Below, piece after piece: positions 1-7,779 of a stretch of 55,928 nt of DNA. This DNA comes from an uncultured Bacteroidales bacterium. Its GTDB lineage: Bacteria > Bacteroidota > Bacteroidia > Bacteroidales > Paludibacteraceae. The stretch is from the NCBI GenBank assembly GCA_946184695.1, contig CAMHGK010000001.1, forward strand, positions 1-55,928, written 5' to 3'. A program made the position numbers and the translations under genes. Position 1 is the stretch's first letter; each line of letters starts with the position of its first letter. A model generated the notes under the pieces. That model saw nothing but the letters and a program-made list of their open reading frames with translations, did no database searches and had not been told where the DNA came from.

Positions 1-1
1 T

Positions 2-178
2 CCTGTTTATCGACAGATAAAAACGACTACTTTGCAACCCATTGCATGGGTATGCAACCTCTGCGGATGCCATCATTCACAACCCTCAGAATGTGCACAA
101 CCTCAGCTTGGTGGCAAATGGATATACCAAGAGGTAGAAAACATAACCATAGAGAAGAGTTATGAGTATGAAGATTAG
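2..178 (+). CDS. 3' end of a window-truncated upstream ORF; Cys/His-rich C-terminus, product unknown
   Basis: Frame 2 is open from the window edge to TAG 176-178 (58 codons: PVYRQIKTTTLQPIAWVCNLCGCHHSQPSECAQPQLGGKWIYQEVENITIEKSYEYED*). It is below the ORF-track size cut-off. Frame 1 is also open to about nt 165, so the frame choice is uncertain. It ends 55 nt upstream of the kinase gene, with no promoter motif in between. Confidence 0.3.
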   Translation, partial: PVYRQIKTTTLQPIAWVCNLCGCHHSQPSECAQPQLGGKWIYQEVENITIEKSYEYED

Positions 179-233
179 CCATATTGGGGCATCTTCCTAC
201 CACCATTATTTAGCATTTAATATCTAACGCATT

Positions 234-3200
234 ATGGCAGACAAGACCACTCGTCCGAATCTTATGCCCTCATCTCCCGATAAAACTACCCGTCCGAGCA
301 ATGCCCCATCATTCTCTGACAAGACCATCCGTCCCGGCATGGATCTTTCATCAAATGATAAGACCACTCGGCCCTCGGGCATACTATCTTCAGCTGCCAA
401 GACCATTCGACCTTCGGCTGACGACATTCAGAAGGTGGTGTCAGGGATAGAGCGCGAATATGTCATTGATGGTAAGCGATACCGCTATCAGCAAACCTTG
501 TCGAACGGAACAGGCGAGGGAGATATTCTGCTCGTAGAACACGGAGGAAAAAAATATGTCCTCAAACTCTATATTGAGGGAATAAAAATCACCAATCCTG
601 CGGTGCTTTCGCAAGTACGCAAACTCAGAGGCTCCGGACTGCTTGTCAATCTGTACAACTTCGGTACATGGACCCACCCCACCACCAAACAGCAGCGCGA
701 CTACGAACTGATGGAGTATTGCGAAGGAGGTGACCTCACCTCAGTCAATATCAACGGGGATGAGAAACGGCTCAAGCAGCTTGCAGTGATGATGGCGGCA
801 GCCATTGATTTCTGCCATCAGCACGGGTTCATACACGGCGACATCAAACCCGCCAACTTCATGTTTACAGATAAGAGTCAGAAGCATTTGGTGCTTTCCG
901 ACTTTGGTATATCCCTCACATGCAACAATAATGGCTCAGTCAGAACAGAGAACGCCGCAAGAACAAAAATCTATGCAGCCCCTGAGTTCTATCTCTCCAT
1001 ACCGGGAAGCAACGAGAGGGAGATATATACATCGTCAGACTACTATTCCCTTGGAATGACACTACTCACACTATGGATGGGCGAGCAGACCTTCAAACAG
1101 CAAGAATGGGAACTGATGAGCATGAAGATAAAAGGGAAAATCAAATACCCCGAAGACCTCTCCGACTACTCATTATCGCTTATCAAAGCTCTCACAAAGA
1201 CCGATCCTGCCGAACGTTGCACCTTCAGCGACATTGAAAAGTGGGCAAAAGGAGAAAAGGTATTTGAAGAACAGAAAAAGAAAAGCGACATCAACAAGCG
1301 CGACTTCTACGTACTCTTTAACGCGGGCAAACAGCAGGAAGCCCACTCACCCGAAGAACTCGCACAACTGATGCTCAAAGAGCAGACCCTGGCAACCAAA
1401 TACCTCTACAACGGACAGGTGGAAAAATGGTTGCAGGCGAATCTGCGACCTGAGCTCGAAACTGAGATAAAAGATATTGTAGAAAATCGCTGTCCAAATT
1501 CACAGAAGGAGGGATTGTTTTTCGCTTGCTATGCACTCGACCCCGCACTGCCCTACTATGATGTCAACGGCAATCCATGCACCTCAGGCTATGAAATAGG
1601 CATGGCAATCCTGAACAATACCGACAAATACCTGAAATCACTAACAAGTCTTGACGATTTGCTGTATGTTTTTTTGCAGACACACGATCTTGAGGACTTG
1701 GCAGATGAGCTATTCTACGCGATGGGCAGCGACGGAGATAATCAACTGTTAGGGTCTGCCTACGATAAACTGATGGAAACGGTCTATACACTCGATCCCC
1801 AACTGCCATATATCATAAAGACTGACGATGGAAGCGTAGTGACATGCAACACCTTAGACGACATCATTCGCGCCGAACACTACAGATGGCACAACAATAA
1901 TAAGATGATGCACGACCTCAAGACCTCATGGTTTGTGAATATCTGGGTGGGGCAGCGCTCAAAAGTGGCTTACCAGCGGATAAAGAAAATTATCGACGAG
2001 AACGACAAAAACGACTATGTGGTTGACGATGCCGTGCTTTACTGCCTGAATCCTGCTATATCATATAATTTTGAGCTTGACACATCAAGCACAAATTACT
2101 ATATGACCTATCAGCAGGTAGCACAACTGTTTAATTACTACTATAATCAGCGGCAAGAGGGAGTCGGCGCCACCAAATACTACAACTATCAGATAGACGA
2201 TAGCTTTATGCAAATCGGCAAGAAGAGCCAACTCTACTACTACTTCAAGTCGAAAGGAAGCTACGATGACAAGATTGATTGGATAAAGTACTGCTTCGAG
2301 CTCGACTCGAAGGACAATAAGAAAAAAGCAGGTCCGTACAACAAGACTATAGCTTTTTTCAAAGCGCTGAAAGGGTTAGGTATCAGTCCGTGCTATCGCA
2401 CAAAGAAAGGCAAGAATCTCTACAGCCTGAGCGACGTGAGGGGACTGAAAAAAAACGAGAGAGATGAAGAACTCGCCAACGGACTAAAAGACTATCTGAC
2501 CATATTCTTTCAGGAGGATCCGGCGCTCGACAAGTCGAAGAAATATAATTACGAGAAGGCGACCATCAAGTATTTGGAGTTTTTAGACCAGTTGTCGGGC
2601 GACATTGAAGAAGTGAAACGCTACAAAGAAGCCTCACAAAATGTGAAGGGTCTTTTGAGCGACATCAATCGTACATACGCTAAACTGCTTATAACCCGCA
2701 TAATGATTGCCCTGCTGTGCTTCGTTCCGCTGATATCATTAGCAGTGTTGCTCTGCGTTTTGGGATTGCCGTTTGAGGGTAATCCGCTGAAAGGCAACTC
2801 CGGGTCGTTTATAGAAGTATGTACGATAATACTATTTCTGCCGGTCTGCCTCTTGACGGAATTTGAGGGCAGGATAATCGGAGAGATAATTCTCTCAGCC
2901 ATACTCTCGGCAGCCGTCTATGGTTTGTTGTATCTGCTCATGTCGATATTGGTACCCGCAGCACCATATCTCATTGCGGCATTACTTATAGCTTTTGCTG
3001 TAGTCATCTATATAAAATGCTATCGGCAGTTCCCACTCAAACGCAACACAAAAAAGCAGCTTAACTCCACTAATTTCGAGCAGCTCTACGTCGAGCCGCT
3101 ACATTACGCCTACGACAAGACAAAATCTAAATTCTTTGATTCGAGTATTTCGACGGACATATACAATTATAGTTTGTACTTGGGCGAGGCTTTCAAAAAA

Positions 3201-3746
3201 CTTCTTCTGTTCGCCATTCCGACCATACTGTTTACCGTCGGACTATTCTGGCTGATGATATGGCTTACTCCGCGCATTGTTTCAAAACAAGCAAATGTAA
3301 TTCAGCAGACCGCAAACATGGTAGGCAAATGGACCGGAAAATTCGGAGATAAGAAATCGACCATTGACTTCAAGACCGTAACACCCGACTATGTTGAAGC
3401 CTATGTACATGTCCCCTTCTCACAAATGAGTAACGAAAGAGTAGCGGGTTCCATAAACATCAAAAAGAAGACTATGGTACTTGATGATATTCACAAAAAC
3501 GGAATCCTTGACGGAAAATACAATTGCACATTCACCGATACTGATAATGTTCTCTCACAAATAGAGGGCACATATTATAATCCGAAATCAGGAAAGAGAA
3601 TAGAATTCACTTATGCACGAAAACTCAAACCGGAAGAATTAGCGTTTGAAGAAGAGATGGCAAAAAAGACATTCTGGCAGATATGGCTCGGCATATTCCA
3701 AAACAAGTTTCATATATCAACTGAACAGCAACAAAACAATCAATGA
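234..3746 (+). CDS. Membrane-anchored Hanks-type Ser/Thr protein kinase (1170 aa) with N-terminal DKT[TI]RP repeats
   Basis: ATG at 234. Kinase motifs: Gly-loop GTGEGD, catalytic Lys in YVLKLY, HGDIKPANF catalytic loop, SDFG, AAPEF, SDYYSLG. After the kinase domain comes a ~480-aa unassigned region with recurring LDPxLPY-like segments (ALDPALPYYD, TLDPQLPYII, CLNPAISYNF). This is followed by a block of about 5-6 hydrophobic helices (aa ~815-1010) and a ~150-aa C-terminal domain. Confidence 0.9.
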   Translation: MADKTTRPNLMPSSPDKTTRPSNAPSFSDKTIRPGMDLSSNDKTTRPSGILSSAAKTIRPSADDIQKVVSGIEREYVIDGKRYRYQQTLSNGTGEGDILLVEHGGKKYVLKLYIEGIKITNPAVLSQVRKLRGSGLLVNLYNFGTWTHPTTKQQRDYELMEYCEGGDLTSVNINGDEKRLKQLAVMMAAAIDFCHQHGFIHGDIKPANFMFTDKSQKHLVLSDFGISLTCNNNGSVRTENAARTKIYAAPEFYLSIPGSNEREIYTSSDYYSLGMTLLTLWMGEQTFKQQEWELMSMKIKGKIKYPEDLSDYSLSLIKALTKTDPAERCTFSDIEKWAKGEKVFEEQKKKSDINKRDFYVLFNAGKQQEAHSPEELAQLMLKEQTLATKYLYNGQVEKWLQANLRPELETEIKDIVENRCPNSQKEGLFFACYALDPALPYYDVNGNPCTSGYEIGMAILNNTDKYLKSLTSLDDLLYVFLQTHDLEDLADELFYAMGSDGDNQLLGSAYDKLMETVYTLDPQLPYIIKTDDGSVVTCNTLDDIIRAEHYRWHNNNKMMHDLKTSWFVNIWVGQRSKVAYQRIKKIIDENDKNDYVVDDAVLYCLNPAISYNFELDTSSTNYYMTYQQVAQLFNYYYNQRQEGVGATKYYNYQIDDSFMQIGKKSQLYYYFKSKGSYDDKIDWIKYCFELDSKDNKKKAGPYNKTIAFFKALKGLGISPCYRTKKGKNLYSLSDVRGLKKNERDEELANGLKDYLTIFFQEDPALDKSKKYNYEKATIKYLEFLDQLSGDIEEVKRYKEASQNVKGLLSDINRTYAKLLITRIMIALLCFVPLISLAVLLCVLGLPFEGNPLKGNSGSFIEVCTIILFLPVCLLTEFEGRIIGEIILSAILSAAVYGLLYLLMSILVPAAPYLIAALLIAFAVVIYIKCYRQFPLKRNTKKQLNSTNFEQLYVEPLHYAYDKTKSKFFDSSISTDIYNYSLYLGEAFKKLLLFAIPTILFTVGLFWLMIWLTPRIVSKQANVIQQTANMVGKWTGKFGDKKSTIDFKTVTPDYVEAYVHVPFSQMSNERVAGSINIKKKTMVLDDIHKNGILDGKYNCTFTDTDNVLSQIEGTYYNPKSGKRIEFTYARKLKPEELAFEEEMAKKTFWQIWLGIFQNKFHISTEQQQNNQ
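240..413 (+). repeat. In-frame array of five DKT[TI]RP motifs spaced 12-14 aa apart at the kinase N-terminus
   Basis: Translation: DKTTRPNLMPSSP-DKTTRPSNAPSFS-DKTIRPGMDLSSN-DKTTRPSGILSSAA-KTIRPSADD. The copies use different synonymous codons (gacaagaccactcgtccg / gataaaactacccgtccg / gacaagaccatccgtccc / gataagaccactcggccc / aagaccattcgacct). Conservation is therefore at the peptide level rather than from a recent DNA duplication. Confidence 0.85.
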
Positions 3747-6700
3747 CATTTGATGATATGAATTGTCCACAATGCAATAAACCCAACAGAGAACAGGCAA
3801 GCTATTGCAAATGGTGCGGTAGCAAGTTGCAGAACAAGTCAGCAGATTGGTATGCAGACCTGATAGGTATGACTGAGGCTAAGCAGACCCTGAACGACAT
3901 CATCACTACCAACGATGCTCTGCGACTACGTGCTTCTGTCAACGGTATCAGGCTCTCACAAGAGCTCAACATGCTTATTCTCGGAGACTCCGGAACAGGA
4001 AAAAAGACTCTTCTTCATAAAATAGAACTGCTATTCTACCAACATGGTATCACCACCAAACCACAAGCCACGGTGGTTGACGCCTCTGTGTTCAATGAAT
4101 TTGTTAAGGATTTCGACAACAACATCATGAACGCACGCGGTGGCATACTTTGCATTCAAAATGCACAGAAGCTATTGCCTGACAACGAAATCAGACAACT
4201 CACTGACTTAGACATCCTGTTCAATGCCATGGACCGCTTCAACGGCAATCCGATAGTTATACTAATGGGTACCGAGAGCGGACTCGACAAGTTTGTCGCT
4301 AACAATCAGGAAGTATCCGACAAATTCAAATACATACTCCACATGAAAAGCTATAGCATTTCAGAACTCACTGAGCTTACTGAATTGCTGCTCAGAAAAA
4401 ACTATGCCCTACAACTTACCCCGGAAGCCAAGGACAAGTTAGAGCGAGTTTACAAGTATAGCTTTCGTGAATCGCCTACGATGAACATATCAGCGGCAAT
4501 TGCTAAAAACAAAGCTGAAGACATAATGAGGACCGTTGTTCAACGTGACACTAATGCTAACACCGTACTACCATGCGACATTCAAGGGAAAGAGTACATA
4601 CGAAAAACGACAGAACAAGCGCTTGCAGAGTTTGATGATTACGTTGGGATTGACAACATAAAACAAACAGTGCAAAATATCATCAACGAGTTAGACATCA
4701 GTGCCAGACGCGAAGGCAATGAGGCAAAACGTGTCATTACGGACCATTTCCTGTTTCTTGGCAACCCCGGAACGGGCAAGACCTCTATTGCGCGAGTGTT
4801 CGCAAATGTGCTTTGTTCGGTCGAGGCTCTGCCAATCGGACAATTAGTTGAGGTATCAAGAGACCAACTCGTAGCGCAATATTTAGGACAGACAGCACCA
4901 TTGGTACGACATTGGGTTGACAAGGCAATGGGAGGAGTATTGTTTATTGATGAAGCCTATACTCTCAAGCAGTCTGAAAACGACAATTTTGGGCAAGAAG
5001 CTATCGACGCACTACTCAAACTCATGGAAGACCGACGCGGACAGTTTGTCGTCATTGCTGCCGGATATACCAAAGAGATGGGAGAGTTTATTTCATCGAA
5101 CTCAGGTCTTGCCTCGCGTTTCAACAAGACTATCACTTTCAACGACTATACAGCAAGCCAACTGACAGAGATATTCCTTAGGTTAGTAAAAAAAGACAAA
5201 CTGACTCTCACAAATGAAGCAAAAGAAAGAATAGAAAACTTCTTCAGAAAGATATACCTCACCCGAACCGACAAATTCGGCAACGCCAGAGAGGTACGCA
5301 ACGTCTTAAAAAATGCCAAAACCAACCAGTCAAATAGAATAAATGAGGCAAAGCGCCTGGGTACTTATACTCCTTCCATGGACAACTACCTGACGGCAGA
5401 AGACATCGAAGGAGCAGAACAGATGAAGGAGAAAAATATCAATGAACTGCTACAAGAAATTGATGCCTTTGTCGGCATGGATGACGTAAAGAAACAGATT
5501 CGAGAAATAGCATTAAAAGTACAACAAGACAAAAAACGACAGGCTCTTGGAGCAGATGCCGAGATAACACCTATTCACATAGTGCTAACGGGCAATCCCG
5601 GCACAGGCAAAACGACCGTAGCAAAAATGCTCGGAAAGGTGTTTAAGTCAATAGACCTACTACCCGACAGCAAGGTTGTCAAGAAAGAACGATGCGACCT
5701 TATCAGTAATTATAAAAACGAAACGGCAAAACTCGTCAATAAGGCTTGCGACGAAGCTATGGGAGGCGTACTTTTTATCGACGAGGCATATTCCCTCATG
5801 CCCATCGATGCAGGAGGCGGAAAAGACCCCGAAGGCGTTGAAGCCGTAGAGGCACTGATGACTCGCATGGTCTCCGACAGCGGCAAATTCGTCGTAATAG
5901 TTGCAGGATACAAACAACAAATGATGGAGTTTGTCAAAAATGCCAATCCCGGATTCAAAAGGCGATTTACTAACTTCATGCATATCGACGACTATACCCC
6001 TCAGCAGTTAGAGCACATATTCTTAAATATCGTCAAGAAAAACGCATGGGAGATTGCACCTCAGGCTATGCCTTTACTAAAACAACTCATACAGCACAAA
6101 TACGATAGCAGAGACGAGAACTTCGGCAATGCCGCCGAGATGGACACACTATTCGGAACTATCAAAATGCGACAATCGGCACGAACTAACAAAATCCCCA
6201 ACGAACAGCTCGACCTGAAAACACTGCGAACCATCGAAGCCGAAGACATCCCTTACGAACAACCTCGGCAGGTTAACATCACGGATTGTCTCAAACAACT
6301 CGACAATCTCGTCGGATTAGAAAACGTGAAAAGCGAAGTGCGCATGTTGGCGCAAAGCATCATCGTCCAACAGCAACGAAACAAAGTACTGGGCAGACCC
6401 TACAAGGCAGAACTCGACCATTTCCTGTTTCTCGGCAACCCCGGAACAGGCAAGACTACCGTGGCACGCACTATGGCTGATATATTCTTCTCATTAGGAC
6501 TGCTACCCACCAATACTCTCATAGAGGTCAAACGCAAAGACATTGTGGCAGGATACCAAGGACAAACAGCTATCAACACCGAGAGAGTGGTCAAGAAAGC
6601 CATCGGAGGAGTGCTTTTCATAGACGAAGCCTACTCGCTCAAACAAGGACCACACGACGACTTCGGACAAGAAGCTATCAACACTCTACTCACCATGCTG

Positions 6701-7090
6701 CTCGACTACAAAGGCAAGATTGTGTGCATAGCCGCAGGCTATACTCGCGAGATGAACCAATGGCTCGCAAGCAACTCCGGACTCGCCTCACGGTTCAGCA
6801 AGACAATCACTTTCGACGACTATAACCCCGACGAACTCGCTGATATATTCATCCGATTAGCACAGAAAGAAGAACTCACCTTGACACCACAAGCAGAGGA
6901 ATGTATGCGCCGACATTTTACTCGGCTCTACCAAAATCGTAACGCAAATTTTGGAAACGCCCGGGAAGTGAATAATTTCTTCAAATTAGTGAAAGAACGA
7001 CAAAGTGCACGACTTACACCTGCCACCCTGAACAACACTGTCACCAAAGAGCAACTACTAACTCTCGAAGCCGAAGATTTTATAGTATAA
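3743..7090 (+). CDS. Zinc-ribbon protein with four tandem AAA+ ATPase modules (CbxX/CfxQ-SpoVK-like family), 1115 aa
   Basis: The ATG at 3743 overlaps the kinase TGA (ATGA, 3743-3746). The N-terminus is CPQC-x10-CKWC. Walker A/B per module: D1 GDSGTGKK / ILCIQN (degenerate), D2 GNPGTGKT / VLFIDEA, D3 GNPGTGKT / VLFIDEA, D4 GNPGTGKT / VLFIDEA. Recurrent SNSGLASRF, FGNAREV and AAGY motifs are typical of CbxX/SpoVK-type AAA+. Confidence 0.9.
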   Translation: MTFDDMNCPQCNKPNREQASYCKWCGSKLQNKSADWYADLIGMTEAKQTLNDIITTNDALRLRASVNGIRLSQELNMLILGDSGTGKKTLLHKIELLFYQHGITTKPQATVVDASVFNEFVKDFDNNIMNARGGILCIQNAQKLLPDNEIRQLTDLDILFNAMDRFNGNPIVILMGTESGLDKFVANNQEVSDKFKYILHMKSYSISELTELTELLLRKNYALQLTPEAKDKLERVYKYSFRESPTMNISAAIAKNKAEDIMRTVVQRDTNANTVLPCDIQGKEYIRKTTEQALAEFDDYVGIDNIKQTVQNIINELDISARREGNEAKRVITDHFLFLGNPGTGKTSIARVFANVLCSVEALPIGQLVEVSRDQLVAQYLGQTAPLVRHWVDKAMGGVLFIDEAYTLKQSENDNFGQEAIDALLKLMEDRRGQFVVIAAGYTKEMGEFISSNSGLASRFNKTITFNDYTASQLTEIFLRLVKKDKLTLTNEAKERIENFFRKIYLTRTDKFGNAREVRNVLKNAKTNQSNRINEAKRLGTYTPSMDNYLTAEDIEGAEQMKEKNINELLQEIDAFVGMDDVKKQIREIALKVQQDKKRQALGADAEITPIHIVLTGNPGTGKTTVAKMLGKVFKSIDLLPDSKVVKKERCDLISNYKNETAKLVNKACDEAMGGVLFIDEAYSLMPIDAGGGKDPEGVEAVEALMTRMVSDSGKFVVIVAGYKQQMMEFVKNANPGFKRRFTNFMHIDDYTPQQLEHIFLNIVKKNAWEIAPQAMPLLKQLIQHKYDSRDENFGNAAEMDTLFGTIKMRQSARTNKIPNEQLDLKTLRTIEAEDIPYEQPRQVNITDCLKQLDNLVGLENVKSEVRMLAQSIIVQQQRNKVLGRPYKAELDHFLFLGNPGTGKTTVARTMADIFFSLGLLPTNTLIEVKRKDIVAGYQGQTAINTERVVKKAIGGVLFIDEAYSLKQGPHDDFGQEAINTLLTMLLDYKGKIVCIAAGYTREMNQWLASNSGLASRFSKTITFDDYNPDELADIFIRLAQKEELTLTPQAEECMRRHFTRLYQNRNANFGNAREVNNFFKLVKERQSARLTPATLNNTVTKEQLLTLEAEDFIV

Positions 7091-7119
7091 TTGATAAATG
7101 ACCTTACAATTCCACCGTC

Positions 7120-7701
7120 ATGAAATGCCCCAAATGTAAATCAGAAATAGAAGACGACAGCCTGTTCTGTGATCAATGCGGAACAGAACTCATGATTTGT
7201 CCACAATGCGGCACCTTAGGCAAGGGCAAACGATGTACACAATGCGGCACTGAACTCATAAAAAAGAGCTCTGCCTCCCAACAGTCACACACCACTTTAC
7301 TCACCGCTCAACCTATACCCGCTCCTGCTCAACCTACACCCGCTTCAGCTCAACCTACACCCGCTTCAGTTCAACCTACACCCGAAAAGACAACACGTCC
7401 CGGACAAAACCTCCTACCCGGACATCTCGTTTGCCCGGAACATCATATCAGATTGGGGTTGGCAGACGGCGTTATCATCGGGCGGCGAGGTCATTATAGC
7501 GCTGTTTTTGCACAATATGGCGACATCTCCGGAATACATGCCAAACTCACAATATCTCCCGCCGGTTGCTCTGTGGAAGACCTCGAAAGTACCAACGGCA
7601 CATGGCTCAACGGACAACAACTCAAACCACACATCAACTACCCCATACATTGCGGCGACATACTCAAATTCTCATCCCTCACATTCAATGTTGAACCCTA
7701 A
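7120..7701 (+). CDS. Double zinc-ribbon / Pro-rich linker / FHA-domain protein (193 aa)
   Basis: N-terminus: CPKC-x10-CDQC followed by CPQC-x8-CTQC. The linker is (AQPTPAS)n, then EKTTRP. FHA signature: GRRG...SGIHAKL...STNGTWLNGQQL. Confidence 0.9.
   Translation: MKCPKCKSEIEDDSLFCDQCGTELMICPQCGTLGKGKRCTQCGTELIKKSSASQQSHTTLLTAQPIPAPAQPTPASAQPTPASVQPTPEKTTRPGQNLLPGHLVCPEHHIRLGLADGVIIGRRGHYSAVFAQYGDISGIHAKLTISPAGCSVEDLESTNGTWLNGQQLKPHINYPIHCGDILKFSSLTFNVEP
7306..7383 (+). repeat. 21-bp in-frame tandem repeat (about 3.7 copies) encoding the AQPTPAS linker of the FHA protein
   Basis: gctcaacctatacccgctcct / gctcaacctacacccgcttca / gctcaacctacacccgcttca / gttcaacctacaccc. Copies 2 and 3 are identical. 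Confidence 0.9.
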
Positions 7702-7720
7702 AGAAAAGACAAATTTATTT

Positions 7721-7763
7721 CACCATTCTCACCATTCTCACCATTCTCACCATTCTCACCATT
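7721..7763 (+). repeat. 9-bp tandem repeat (CACCATTCT) x4.8 in the FHA-PP2C intergenic spacer
   Basis: Four perfect copies at 7721-7756 plus the partial copy caccatt. It starts 19 nt after the FHA stop (7699-7701) and ends 16 nt before the PP2C ATG (7780). Confidence 0.95.
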
Positions 7764-7779
7764 AAATCATTAAAAAATT

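Noticed and set aside
224-427. 67-aa minus-strand ORF overlapping the kinase N-terminus
   Set aside because: It is the antisense reading of the DKTTRP repeat region (GRVVLS repeats). The plus-strand frame continues into a complete kinase, so the antisense ORF is a repeat artefact.
7508-7765. 85-aa plus-strand ORF ending in HHSHHSHHSHHSHH
   Set aside because: It is out of frame inside the FHA gene, and its His/Ser tail is simply the 9-bp intergenic repeat translated. It has no independent start context.
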